Part shown: in pieces, positions 1 through 12,879 of the stretch
Layout: every line of letters starts with the position of its first letter
Position numbering within the stretch: the stretch's first letter is position 1
Origin: Phoronis australis
Taxonomy: Eukaryota > Animalia > Phoronida
Direction of reading: 5' to 3'
Assembly: GCA_002633005.1 (NCBI GenBank)
Contig: NMRA01000072.1
Location: 795,957-859,956 of the forward strand
DNA: 64,000 nt
Notes under the pieces: model-generated
The model's input: the letters and a program-made list of their open reading frames with translations, nothing else
The model's database searches: none
What the model was told of the DNA's origin: nothing
Position numbers and translations under genes: made by a program

Positions 1-358
1 TGTAAACTTAGCTACTCGAAAGCACGTGTCGGTTAGAGAGTACTGACTGAACTTTCTCGTCGGCAACTAGCCATGCGCTCTAGAACCTTTCAATGGCGGT
101 CGTAAAGGACAGTAACGCCGTACCTGCATGTAAGAACACAATTTTGTGACCTGACATTTGTGAGTATTTAACGCCGCAGATAAGAGCATGATCTAAACAT
201 TTTCTCGATGATGTAAAAATCAATTTTGGCGCTTAAAAATGGTGGGAAAATTTTGCGACCTGGCATTTATGAATGAGAGCTGAATTTTAAAAATGCGACC
301 TGGGATTCTAGCTACGTCGCAAACTACGACCGGGCGATTTACATAGCGTCGTGCCCTG
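1..358. mobile_element. Terminal part of a hAT-like DNA transposon
   Basis: Repeated subterminal motif (g/t)gcgacctgg at ~146, ~255 and ~295, ending in tagcgtcgtgccctg (reverse complement CAGGGCACGACGCTA, a CAGGG-type hAT terminus). The other end is not in the window. Confidence 0.4.
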
Positions 359-1604
359 ATTTACTTGTCTGGTAAAATTCTCGGGAAACTATGGCCGACA
401 CCATTGTACAAGTTTTATGGCGCAAGAACCGTGCTACGGAACGGATCTTCTTCTATAGCAGCTTTTCCCGCTAGGTTTTGTGTCTCCGTGAATCTTTGCT
501 TTGGCGCTTGCCGACTGATATAGCCTTGAGCACGTTTTTCATTTTACTCAAGCGAACTGTTTAGTCAGAGGTGCAGTGGGCGTAATGTGAATGTGCGGTT
601 CACGTTTTTCAGGTTATTATGCAATCACAAAATCTATTCAAACCGTGCTGATACATTGCCCTTCGGGATATGTTTACGTTATACACCACTAGAACGCTAT
701 GTGCCATACCATCGGTTCAAGTCTCCTATGATAGCCGTAATAGTGGCAGGCACAAAGCAAGTGGCCGACAGTCGACAGGACATGTGTCTTCAGAGTTGAA
801 CTGAAGGTAAGACATCGTGAATCTCAACACAAGAAAAGGAAAACGAAATGTCAGCTTTAGACAGCGACATAGCCGTATTTGGACTCATGTTTTTCATCAT
901 GAATTTGATTTTGAACTATAACCTTAAAAATTCTTTTTTAATACTCCCGGCCTTGCGACACTACGTCCGACACTGGGTATACAAGTTTGCTTGGAGAAGG
1001 ATGATGTCGATTTATCGAATTTTAACCCGCCGCAAAAATCATTGAAAGGAATATCATTTGCTTATCAGAACTCATATTGAGTCCATTTTGGTCAGTTCTA
1101 GACTCATAAACATGTAAATCAGAAAGAAGGGGCCCTTGCCTTGTTGAATCACATCAGAAAACGCTATTTTGATTGTGAAGCGTGGGCTTCAGTGCCCAGT
1201 TGCATTGCATGAAGCAGTCCCAAATAGAGACTCGACTAAGTTTCCTAAATCTACTGCGGACATGTCGTGAAAACACAGATCGTCCTTTCTTATGCTGTTT
1301 GAGTCTCACTACCAAGTCAATTTTTGGCTTTGATACAAATCTAGAGTGAGCTGTTCGATCGTTGAATTCTCAATATAATTGAAAATAAGCAGGGATGTTT
1401 TCATGCAACGCATCTAATTTAAGGACTAAATCCTTACTTATTTTGACTGTATTTTAGTTATTAGAAGATGTCATAGGTCAAAGAAGAGCTTATAATAAAG
1501 ATAAATGATCGAAAAAAATATTACATCTGTCAGTAAAGAACGAACAAAATACGCAAACGATTTAGGAAACTTTTAAGTTTCCTCAATCGTTTAAAACTGA
1601 GACC

Positions 1605-3560
1605 CTATAGAAAGATTCCATTACGAAAACTGCCGAATTCCTGGGGAGCGCCATATTGAGGTCACGCCATTACAGGCATGCTAGACTAAACACTGGAGTC
1701 AGTACAGCCTGTCTGTAAAACAAGCCTTCTGAGCTGGTGTGCCAGCTGCTTGTGTTTTGTATTCCGTAGCAGATCAGCTGATTTGAAATCATTGATAGGG
1801 GGTGAAACATAAAGACAGTACAAATCACACAATACTGCAAAGTATATGGTTGCAATACCACCAAAAATGGGTACATCATATAGGCCTACGTATCTAAAGC
1901 ATTTGGGGCGCAGGGGTAGTGACAAATACATTAAAAAATCTGGATTTCTGAAATACCTTTTACCAGGAAGGGACCCAAAGACAAAGTTATGGCAGATAGA
2001 GGTTTTATTATTGATGAACTCCTGTTTCCAAGACGAGTTAAGTTAAACATACCAGCTTTCACCAAAGGCAAGTCACACCTTAGTAAAAAAGGTCTGACAA
2101 CTGAAAAACATGGCGCATTTCCACAGTAAGAATCCATTTGGAGCGAGCAATACGGAGACTTAAATGTTTTCAAAATTTTGAGTACCGGTGTTCCAGTGTA
2201 AAGCACAGAATCAGTAGATAACTAGTGGATTTGTACGTGCTGGGCTTGTGAACCTACGTGCTGATCTAATCAGAGATCAAAATTTGGATGACTAACTTCC
2301 GGAGTTTTTAAGTTGCCCATTCCAAGTGGTAACATGTAGCCTACTGTTTCAAGAAATTTCTGAAAGTAAAATGTACGCAACTGTGCAACAGTTTGTTCAA
2401 CAAAGCTTTCACTGTGTAGCACATCCACGCCATAATAAAGTCATTGCCACGAACTTTAAAATTAGCCGAAGGTGTAGCTTCTGTTTTGGCATAAAACATA
2501 TGTGATCAAGGTCATTGTCAGTTGTGTACAGAATTAGTTTTGCTTTCCCTTAAGTCCAGTACAAAACATGGTTGTTGATACCATTTTTAAATGGACTGTT
2601 TGATGTGGATATCACCAGGACAGTAATGTGGAGCAACTGAACTACTAAGTGACTCACGAAAATAATCTTAATAACAGTTGTTAAGATTGTTTTAGTGATT
2701 CACTAAGTTCAACTAATGGGAATCATAGGAAATTCATCACAATGTTGCAATCTTAGTATATGGTCATTTGGCTCTGGGATGTTTCTGTGAACACTGTGTC
2801 ATGCCTGTTTAAGAACGTGTGTGGATAGATTCCAGGGGACAGTTCAGCCTCAAGAAAGTAAACAAATCATAGGAGTCGGTACATGACCAACGCTGGAACA
2901 GAATCCATTTGAAATAATTAAAACCCAAGTTAAAATATTAACAAACAACAAATTCATGTCACATCACATATTTAATAAAACACAGACCTTATACAACCCA
3001 GGAATATGACTTTGAATAGCTCACTACTATGCTGAACAGCTAAGCTGTTTTTGTTTTGAGCATTTCCTGTAATGACTGACTTTGGTATGCGAAGCCTGTG
3101 GCTGTTATGTAAAGTATTGTACGAAGTTACAGGGTCTCTTGTTTCATGCAACCGCAGAACCGGGCACACGAAGAGTACACTGGACACGTTGTTATCAATG
3201 ATCTGGCCCATAGTAAAGAGCTTCTTTGAATTACGCAATTCAGGTCTGTTGTGTTTAATATCACAGTGAAGCACCCGGTACCGGCTTACACTGTGTTTAC
3301 TTTTCACACCGAAGTTGTCCTGGCGATACATGTTTTTATCATTTGTTAGTCATTGTAATGTCGTGTGGAGAGAGAAGTGAGGAAGGCGTATTTACTCGAA
3401 CACTGCTTGATTGCCGCGGGCAGACTAACTACTGTACAGCAACAAGTTATTGCGATGCACAAGACCACATGTACACTGAGTCACATAAAACTGCTTGGCA
3501 AGAGTTATGTAATAAACCAGTCTAATTGTGCAATAATTAGTAAGTGTCTTAGTTCCAGTA
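1605..3560 (+). mobile_element. Decayed ISL2EU/Harbinger-type DNA transposon (DDE_Tnp_4 transposase remnant ~1815-2260, probable convergent second ORF remnant)
   Basis: Frameshifted translation gives QYKSHNTAKYMVAI..YVSKAFG.RGSDKYI.KSGFLKYLLPG..KVMADRGFIIDELL..KLNIPAFTKGKSHLS..VRIHLERAIRRL.FKIL, typical of this family. Minus-strand 2330-3560 shows weaker SWIM-like (QCTCG) and exonuclease-like fragments. Confidence 0.7.
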
Positions 3561-4179
3561 AAAACCACGAATCTATTACATAACCTCTTAGAAAAACAAG
3601 AAAGCAGCTCACCTAGTGGTGGGTTGGGTACGTAGCTCAACTCGGAGATTTGGGCGTGTCTGGCAGGGGTAGAACAACACTGAATTTATCTGGCAGTGTT
3701 CATTCATGATACATTTGTTTATGTTGACTAATTTGAAACCAGTTTCAGGTGGTTACCTCTTGGGTTGATCTAGCTCAACTTTTGGCCTGATTTAAAACCG
3801 TCTGGCTGACGTTCCCCACCACTGAAATTGTCTGGCAGCGGATAATTTTGATACGGTGAATTGAGTAGTAGGTGTCGCAGGTATTTTTAAGTGGTTACCA
3901 GAAAATTGATCAAGCTCAATTTTGAGTGTAGCGTCATTCTCATGGCCCCCTAACCACACCCACGAGAGCGAATCTGTCAGATGGCCATTTCCTAGCGTTG
4001 GGATACCCATGGATCACTGTGGTATCAAAGAAAATTGGTTAGTTTACCTTTCCATGCCCAAAATACCACCGGGATCCCGATATAGCCTCGTGCTCTACCT
4101 GGGACAAAGGCAGGGTCGAAATGGGCAGAGCGAAGGTCTGTAGTGGAGCGTGGGAGACGGAGTTCGTGTAAACTTTGCA

Positions 4180-4476
4180 TTTGAATTAATAGATAATTGT
4201 ATTCGATCAAGACTTCCGTGGCAACCAAATTACGATTCGAATCCATTCTTTTGGAATTCACTTGAAATTCTAATTTATAATTAATAAAAAAAGAATGCAC
4301 ACACCACGTGAGTCTCGTCTTCCTGGGCTCATCAATATATCATAACCCCAGATAGAACGAATAAAATTCGTTTTTTTGGTGAAATGAGTGTCCTGGAGGC
4401 AGTCCATACAACACTTTTTCTCTCTTAGAAAGTGTTTTATTACGTCTCTACAATTCATTGAGATAATGCTAACCAT
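4180..4476 (-). mobile_element. L1/Tx1-clade LINE ORF2 APE endonuclease fragment
   Basis: SIISMNCR..HFLREKK..CLQDTHFT..FIRSIWGY..SPGRRDSRGVCILF matches the N-terminal APE motifs (N.RG, LQETH, SRGV.IL); frameshifted. Confidence 0.75.
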
Positions 4477-4631
4477 AATCCAGTTTATACAGTGCCGTGC
4501 TTATTTCCTTGACTAAAACGTGAGTAAATGAATCAAATCACCAAACCAACTCCAACTAGGCCTACTGTAATTTCCCACGCAACGTAGCACTATTTTCCAG
4601 CTCGACTAAAATGAAAAACGGGACGTTAAGT

Positions 4632-4850
4632 CACCCGCAATTGCCCAATAGACTTGAAAAAAAATAAATAAACGCCGTCTGGCACTTTTGGGTGTAACGT
4701 CTCCCGTTCGGCAAAAATGCTGTCGGCGACGTTTTTGTGGCGAACACTTCATCCGTGCGTATTGACACAGACCCAGATGCCCCGCTTTTTATCCGAAATT
4801 TCCGCTTTTCAATCCAGATGTCCCGTTTTATCATTCACGAATGTTGACAT
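4632..4850. repeat. Dispersed repeat; inverted relative at ~17290-17522
   Basis: tgtcaacattcgtgaatgataaaacggg...cgaacgggagacgttacacccaaaa on the minus strand aligns with ggtcaacattcaagaacgaaaaaaacgg...cgaacgggagatgtaacacccaaaa at 17292-17464. Confidence 0.55.
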
Positions 4851-4886
4851 TGGAGCAGTTGCTTAGTTGTCTCTTTGTCATGAATA

Positions 4887-5145
4887 CATGCGCGCACCCA
4901 GTCTAAAAATGGGGGGCTCGAATTTTTGATAATGTGTACCATTTACTAAGATTCACGGGGTATGTTCAGAGCTACGAATTGTACATTCGCCGAATCCTGG
5001 TAGTTCCCGTCTTTTTAGTGGACTTTTGTCTCGTTGTCTACTTTTTCGGGGTTTTTGTTTATCTGAGGCGGACCTTTTTGCCCTCTTCGCCAAATGGGGG
5101 AGGGGGCTCATTCCAGCCCCCGAGCCCGCCCTGGGTGCGCGCATG
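4887..5145. mobile_element. MITE with 15-bp perfect TIR and 5-bp TSD
   Basis: catgcgcgcacccag (4887-4901) / ctgggtgcgcgcatg (5131-5145), flanked on both sides by gaata. Confidence 0.8.
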
Positions 5146-5664
5146 GAATATTGTAATTTTTCAGAGTCCACTTTTTAGAATATAAACAATCGTAGAAACG
5201 TGCTCCAATGTCTCATGTTTACGGTAACCCACACTGCATGTACCAGGATCACTAATTCTCTGAAGATAAGAAATGTGTTCGTTTACAACCTACTTTGGAA
5301 AGTCCAACATTGCAGCTTATGTAACGTTCTATCCACAGTACATTTTAAACCTACGCAATAGTTCTTTGCTCATTTTTAACTATAAGAAAGCCTTAGTCTG
5401 CAAATTTCGGATAGGTAGTTGGAGCAATTAGTTTATCCCATTTTTCTAAATGTCACTGCATCCTGAAGAACTGTATCAAAAGGCACTAAAAGTCTAATTA
5501 ATACATAAAATGACTAAATTCTTCACAGCAACTGGGACGGTTCCATATTCTAAACTTTTTGTCTTGAGAGGGTAGAAATCTTTCGTGAATCGTTGAAATT
5601 ATTTCCCGGTTGGTTCAATTAGTAATAATATTGAAGCGCTCAAAGACCATAGGCCCACAGTACA

Positions 5665-5822
5665 CAGGGGCGGATCCAGGATCTTTGAGTTGGGGGGGGT
5701 CAGGGCAGAGGATTTGCCAGGATTTTGCCCGTCAGACATTTGCACCCCCGAATTGCCAAATGGAACCTGGGAGAATTTTAGGGGGGCCATGGCCCCCTTG
5801 GCTTCCTCTAAATTCCCCACTG
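5665..5822. mobile_element. hAT-like MITE family A, copy 1
   Basis: caggggcggat...aattccccactg termini, 5-bp TSD gtaca; homologous copies at 20282-20442 and 29202-29361. Confidence 0.8.
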
Positions 5823-5869
5823 GTACAGTTGAACATATATACATATTTCCATACGCGGAATACACGATA

Positions 5870-6590
5870 CAGAAATTAAATATACAGCAAAAATTAATTC
5901 AGGACATTCTAAGAGATTTGTCATTGTGGGCGCAGCGTGATGCACAAACTTAACCAGCTTGATTAAAGTACTAACGATTTGAGGTTCCAATATATTTGGA
6001 TCACGCCACGCCCGCAAGGGAAGAAATGATATGGTATTGGCCAAAAGCACAGATAAATCGATATTCGACCTCAACGGTATTACATGAACAAAACGGACAA
6101 TATCTGAGCTGACGGTCAATACCATAATGACGACCGGTCTCTTCGTTCAACTTGTGATTTGAGCAAGGCAGTCTTGCCATAGAGCTAATAAAATTAAATG
6201 GTATAAGCAAGGCTAGGTATGATTCAAATCCAAAATCGTTTATGATTAAATTATAAGTTTCGAGTTTAGGACTGTTCAGCTTAATGTTGTCCCACTCCTG
6301 TAAATAACAGTCTTTGAACTTCTGTTCAATGTTCAAGTGTTATTCAAAACAATTCTTCACACTCGACGTTGTTGTAACCACACCAGACCAAAACCATACT
6401 TACATAATAATAATAATCTAACAGAGGTACTCCAAGAATGTCTTCCAACACAGTCCAGATCAAACAACATGTCACAGACAGCTCTACAGCACCTTGTTTT
6501 TGACATGCAATGCCTACCCACAAAATCCCCCCAAGCTTGGCCTACCCTAATTTTATTATGGCCGTGGCAGCAGCTCAACTGTTCAGTGCC
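5870..6590 (-). mobile_element. RTEX-like LINE, C-terminal part of ORF2
   Basis: WSTSVRLLL.KYGFGLVWLQQ..KFKDCYLQEW..SPKLETY..FGFESYL..SNHKLNEETGRHYGIDRQLRYCPFCSCNTVEVEYRF: the H.L.ETGR and C..C..VEDE.HF motifs. Confidence 0.75.
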
Positions 6591-6740
6591 ACCTTAAATC
6601 GAAATGGTTTTGATGTTCTAGTTGGTAGTGGAATAGAAGAATCCTATTACGATAAGGAGTGTTATGAGACCGACTCTGTGAGAATAAATGATCTCATTCC
6701 ATGTCCGTTTTTAGCTAGCTAAACAAGTCGAGGAGCAGCT

Positions 6741-8410
6741 TTAAAGCGTACCTACAGTGTTTTTTTGCACTTTTCGAGGTTTAAACCGTATGTAATAATT
6801 TTATGTCATAAAATCTAACTAAAGAAACACTTGTTTTGGAAAATAGTTGAACTTTAAATTTAAAGAAAAATTAACGAGTTTTTTGGTTTCCTGCCATGTG
6901 ATGTCATCAGTGGAAGACGTTGGTCAATTGACAGCATACATGCAATGGTGGATAGTAGTGATTTTGTAAGTTACAAAGGCTTAGTATTAGTAGACGGGTA
7001 TTATTATGACAGGTATGGAGATGTGAGTGAAGACGACACTCGGGCCATAGGCGTAACAGATATTGAGTTTGACCTCGCCATATCAGCAGACTGCGTGTTT
7101 GAGGCCGTACGAAATCGACCCTCCCTCGAGTCAAGCCGAGTCTGCGGACAGTCCTGATTTCAGAGCTGACATTTTTAGTCTTTCGTTGAACCACTATTTA
7201 ACTTTCTAGCCAATTTAGTGTCGAATAATATGCATTTATATGCGCTAACTGCGAAGCGATACCGAAGCTAGTTTACAGTGAAACAACACGTGTAGTTGAG
7301 ATAAAAGGTCATATATATTATGACAAACTAAACTACTACAGATATCAGTAATTACAAAAGTTATATAACATGTTGAACTGTAAAGGTGGGTGACAATCTG
7401 CCACAGATGCAGCAGAAGGATGCATCCGCCCACCCAAGGGAGAGCGAGCGAGGCTGACAAAAGTAGCATAAGAAAAAGGGGGCAAAAGTAAGCCCGTAAA
7501 AGGAAAATGCGAACATGGAGTGGTACAGCTAGGTAGCATGACACAACAAAAACAAAATCATGGAGGGACACTGACCTGAGTATCCAAACAATATGATAAT
7601 GAGGACGAAGCAGTATTACATAAAATAATTTAATACTTACTGAAATAATTTATTTTACGAACTGTAAATCTATAAACGAAATTTTTACCCTTGACTGTTA
7701 AAGCCCAGTCGCGAATAGCGACCATATTGATTTCATTTTTTCGAATGGCGAAGGCTTTGTCAAGAACGATCACATCTAATCATTGTGATGCTAACTGGTA
7801 AATGATATTCGTTCCTGTCTTGTCTGTTCCAAAATTACGGCTGAACTGAAACTAAGGATCACCCAATGTTCCTGACTACCCCGTTCCCAGCAATGGTACA
7901 ACACAATACACTGTTATTGTCCACGAAATGCACTTACACGTTGGAGAATCCTTCGTCAAGTCTCCGTTTCTGCGACGGGTCGAAGCACGACTCTTTAAAA
8001 TGGGCTGCCGTAAGCCCGCAGTGGCCTCTGAACTGGTTGCTTGCTCCACCGTGTACTGCTATACCTGTGTTCGACGTACGAACCTGTGCCATTTCTGAGC
8101 GATGTTGGGGTCTTTTGGAAACTCAAAAACTGAAATATTATCTCTCCGGTTGCTATTATTGCATTCTCCGCACGCTCACCGTTTCATAATACTCGTTTCA
8201 AGCAATGTTCGACTCTTTTCGAGACCACTCTGCCTCACGACTGGTGTAACACGACAATGGCGGAGAACGGACTTCCATTGATGACATCACACAAAATTTT
8301 TCACTTTTCAATTTTTGCGTTTATTTAGTGATTACATGTACACAAATTGAAGAAGAAATACTTAAAATGTCATACCAATCTTGTGAAGGGTTTAAAACAT
8401 TGCTTAAAAT
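6741..8410 (-). mobile_element. Decayed THAP-containing DNA transposon (Kolobok-like)
   Basis: Minus strand 8187-7934 reads MKR*ACGECNNSNRRDNISVFEFPKDPNIAQKWHRFVRRT..(frameshift)AAHFKESCFDP, a THAP domain with stops. 18/19-bp inverted repeats at 6898-6916 and 8272-8290; left end ttaaAGCGTACCTACA. Right end uncertain. Confidence 0.55.
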
Positions 8411-8989
8411 AAGGAAGAGATAACCAGCACGAAGAGATCTCTTCCTGGTAAAATGCGTTTGTTCGCCACGTGCAACCTAAAATCTCTGCCTAACCGCAAA
8501 ATATCTGCCCTGGTCATTAACCTAACTTGTGCAATGTTTTCTGGTTTTATTTTTAGCCTTTGCTGTACTCCATAACAAGCACCAAGGATGCACAATTCTG
8601 ACGAAGGAACATCATCTTCATCGGAATCTGACGATGCGAAAAAACCATGTGGGTGGAGTGGGTTACGAGTATTCACAATGTTACTGTGTCTTTTTGGCAT
8701 CGGAGTAAGGGTAAGCTCGTCATTTTGAAGTAAAATGATAAACGAGTTTCAAGCAGCAAGAGACCTATTCTTTGTAATATACCGTGTCATGTTTAGTGTG
8801 AGGCTAAAAACGACATTATTGGTGAGAAAGTTTCTGAAATAGACCTCAACGTGAAATCGGTCAATCGATCTTTTGGCAAAATAAAAATCTCGGTCGATAA
8901 GTGCCAGAGTATTTTAAGCATATGACAATATAAAAAGTTATGATGATGATATGAAATCTTATGATCATAAGAAGTTTCAGACTCATGTT

Positions 8990-9660
8990 GGCTCTCCAAA
9001 GGACACTTGGAAATATATAAAAAATATGAACCAAAGGACACTTGGAAATATATAAAAAATATGAAATACAATTTTCTCGACAAGTTTTCCTCCCAAATTC
9101 AAAATTACTGATGAGATTCATTTTGTATGTGACGAGGATGAGAATTTAAATCATTTTAATATGTACTTTAGCACTATTGCCCCATCATTTTAATATGTAC
9201 TTTAGCACTATTGCCCCATCATCACAAATAACTTTTTTCAAATACGTCACGTAGTCCTTTTTAATTTTGAGTCAGTTGTTGGATTTGACACCAATTTCTG
9301 CTATTGATACGAGAATAGTAACATGGGCGGCGCAGCACTGAAAAAAGTGTGGGACTATAGCCCCCAGTCCACTATGGTGCGCCGCCCATGAGTAGTCAAT
9401 TCTCTTCCAGACAAACCTACCTGTGGGATATGCATGAAAATAATCATAATTAAACATTTTGAGTAATTGATTGATCTACTGCGTGTCCATTTTAAGCAAT
9501 CTATTTTTTTTTAAAAATCATCCCAAAATTAGGAAAACTGACATCTTGAATGAGATTCCTGTACTTAAAAAGGAGGATCCGTTGTTTTTAGATAATTACA
9601 AACCTATTTCTGTCTCCCGTGTTTTTCAAAGATTTTTGAAAAAGTTTATCTACAATCAGG
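8990..9660 (+). mobile_element. CR1/L2-group (Crack-like) LINE RT fragment
   Basis: KDTWKYIK..NHFNMYFSTIAP..IPVLKKEDP..DNYKPISV..FEK.IYNQ; two local tandem duplications (8996-9065, 9152-9220); interrupted by a MITE at 9322-9390. Confidence 0.65.
9322..9390. mobile_element. Tiny MITE family B (other copies ~27423-27560 as a tandem pair, and 45538-45607)
   Basis: TIR catgggcggcgca / tgcgccgcccatg; flanks agtaa / agtag (4/5 match as a 5-bp TSD). Confidence 0.7.
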
Positions 9661-9672
9661 GGTCTATAGTGG

Positions 9673-9752
9673 CTTTGTTATTCACCTTTGTTATTCACCT
9701 TTGTTATTCACCTTTGTTATTCACCTTTTTTATTCACCTTTGTTATTCACCT
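9673..9752. repeat. 13-bp minisatellite (ctttgttattcac) x ~6
   Basis: Directly visible tandem array. Confidence 0.9.
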
Positions 9753-9815
9753 TGGCATCATATGTAAACATACACCAATTAATACAGACAATTCTGAATT
9801 TCTTGTTGTGAAATC

Positions 9816-9868
9816 GTGTGTGTGTGTGTGTGTGCTAGTGTGTGTGCGTGAGAGCGTGCGTGCGTGTG
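9816..9868. repeat. (GT)n / (GCGT)n microsatellite
   Basis: Directly visible. Confidence 0.9.
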
Positions 9869-10420
9869 AGGAATGGGAATTGATTAGCTAATGATGGGCC
9901 AACAGGTATGAACAAATTGTTAACTTCATGAGCTATTGACATTTTATCAAATATCTCATCTGTTTCTCTTCTTGTTTATTCTGGTAACTCTGTGTTAATT
10001 GAAGTTGTCAAGTTCTTTGTGAGAGTAAAGTTACTTTGTAGTTTGAATAAGTAATTTGAAAGTTTACTGTACGTACTAAAGTTTCTCTTTCATTCGACAC
10101 TTAGTGGGGAAGTTTCGGATTAAATTATATTTTTTGTACAGTCGATTTTTATGTTTTATTGAAATTATAAATCGTTTTATCCATGGGTTAAATTGTGCTT
10201 GGTTTTGTTGAACCGTGAGCTTTTGTGAGGAAATTGTTTTTGATGCAACTTACCACGCGAGATGGTTCCAGGGGGGGGGGGGAGGGAGGGAGCGAGCGAG
10301 CGAGCAAGCGAGAGAGAGGCGGTTCTGCTCATCTATAGACCAGAGGGATCCAGGAGTTAGCTGTATTCCGCCACTGTAGACCCTAGTAAATGGCGTGATT
10401 GTACCTTTGCTCTCTTACAG

Positions 10421-10703
10421 AATATGACGTACTCGACAACTGGCGTCGCTTTGGCAGACCTTCTCCAAGTGACAAACAGCACAATGTACGAGGCAGGAAT
10501 ACCTTTTCCCCTATACAACGCGGGTTTTGTTTTTGGAGCTTCGCTTGTGAGATATTGCTTTTGTCACGGAAAAGCACTCGTCGCCACTTTTGCTATGTTT
10601 GCGTTAGCAGTATCAACAGCTCTAGTTCCAGCGACATCCAGCTTTGTCTTCCTGGTGGTTATGGTTACTTTACAAGGTGTCAGTTCTGGGATGAACACTG
10701 TTG
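10421..10703 (+). CDS. MFSD4/NAGLT1-like MFS transporter, internal (or first coding) exon
   Basis: Acceptor tctcttacag|aat, donor ttg|gtaagg; 283 nt, ends in phase 1; NMTYSTTGVALADLLQVTNST..ALVPATSSFVFLVVMVTLQGVSSGMNTV resembles MFSD4 TM1-4. Confidence 0.75.
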
Positions 10704-12879
10704 GTAAGGGATTACCAATGCATGTTCTAAAGAATTAATATGCTTCGCTAAAGAAGTTTTAAACCCGCCTTCCGCCACAAAAAATGATTTACACCGTTTA
10801 CCATTTCACAAGTATTAGGTCTGGTCTGCACACCACCTGTTGGCCACATCACGTGATGTAGTGAACATAGGTCCGAAAAGATTTCTGAATACCCAGATTT
10901 ATGAAATTACCAAAGATGCTTACTCTTTACGGTCTCTTATTATTACATGGACGTGCAAAGTGGAAATTCATACGCCTTACATTTTATCGTCTGCAAACCA
11001 CTAATACCCAGTGGCGTACCAGAGAGGGCGGGGTTTGAACCACCCTGGGTGCCACCTTAAACCATCACGCCCTTGGCAATGGCTAAAATGACAGAAATGT
11101 AGTTATTTTATATTACACTGCAGGCAGAAATTATTGGGGTGGGGCACAAACCAATTCGACTTCGCCAAACTACCCCCCCCCCNCCCCGTTCTCCGGATAC
11201 CGCCATATTTGTACCCAACGCCCCCGTCACATCCGCCATATGTGTGGGGGCAATCCTGGGGATGCAGCCATCAGGATTTAAGTAACCGTGAAGCAACAAA
11301 GTTTCACGGAGAGTAGGAATGGGCGTGGGCCTTGCGCACTGACGGGTAGCTGGGAGCTGCCTCAGGTAATTGTAGCTGAGAACAATCAGTGTGAAAACAC
11401 GAAATTCGATGAACTAGGCTATAGTCGCTGGTCAGCTCAGCTATGTTTCATTTGAGACAGGCAACTTAGCTCGTACCTATCCGTCTGCGCTGGCTCTAAG
11501 GATTCGGCATAATCCAGTTTCGGGATAAAGTTCATTTTATTATTCTCAATTTGAAGGAATTTTTTGAAAAGGTGAGGTCCCGATGTCCCAGGTATAGTGC
11601 CTTTGGGGCTGTTTCAAAATCCCTTGTTGAAACACGGCCAGTAGTCCAACTTCTGGTGGCTGGGGAAAACGATAGTGTGTCTCAAAAATGTACAAACTTC
11701 AATGCCTGGAGTTCAAATTCAGATCCCGTGGATCGCTGAGATTCTGCGCGAGATTACTGCATGGTTACCCCATACTTTTAACGTGGGTGCGTCAGTCAGG
11801 ACGTGCTCTGTCTTTGCAATGTGCACGGGAATGGCAAGCAAACGATTCAGTTTTGAAGAAGAAAATTCATTGCGCAGTACCACTGGAAACTAAAAACATC
11901 AAGGAAGTGCAATGACAACCTTTCCAAGTTAATGAGCAATGAATTTAATTCGATCGATTTAAAGATTTAAGCTTAGTTTTTTATCTACGGTTTGTAAATG
12001 TAAACCACTAATCTAGTTCCTCAGTCAATAAACAATTTATTGTCATTTGAATTGTGAGAATATTTTGGGAAACTTTGTAGAGCTGTCCGACATGAATATG
12101 ATTGAGACTTATTTCAGACAGACAAAAATCGTTTAGTGTACTTTATTTGGCGATCTGATGATAGATCGACTTTTCCCAACGTCAGCCTGCAACTAAGTTC
12201 AGTGAAGCATTGTCATTTCTTACAAGATTAGCTTCTAATTGTCAAAAAATCATCTACCAATCAGTCCACTTCCATAGATAAACATGTAAATCAGAAACCA
12301 ACAATCGATTCCGTGAGCAACGCGTTTACCTTGATTTGACGACTTAATTATTTTTTGATCTCCTGTTTGCAAATTTAAACGACAAATCTTGTACCTAAGT
12401 TAGACAGATGTTTGAATGCCGTGCAGTTACCGATGGATAAAAATATAAAATAGTAAAACTAATAAAACTAAAACGACGAGCGTCGGTACTAAAATATATT
12501 AAAATATCCCCACGTTCCGATCTGTGCTTCTCTTTCACCGCTCGAAACGTGGGGATATTTTAATGTATTTTAGTACCGACGCTCGTCGTTTTAGTTTCAT
12601 TATTTTATATCTAAGTCAAAAAGTAATGCATTTATTTGAATTTGGAGTATATTTTTGGGAAGTCTTTGAGAGTTATCTATGTGCACTGTACTATTTGGGG
12701 ATCGGATTATAACTAAATTCACTAAAACATCATCAATTCTTACACAATTAGGCTCTAGTTGTCAAAAAATCATCTATGAATTAGTCGATTTTCTTAAATA
12801 CATAAACATGTAAATCAGAAACCAACGAATTTGTTTACCAAAACGGAATGCTATAAGCAATTTCATCAGAAATGTCAAA

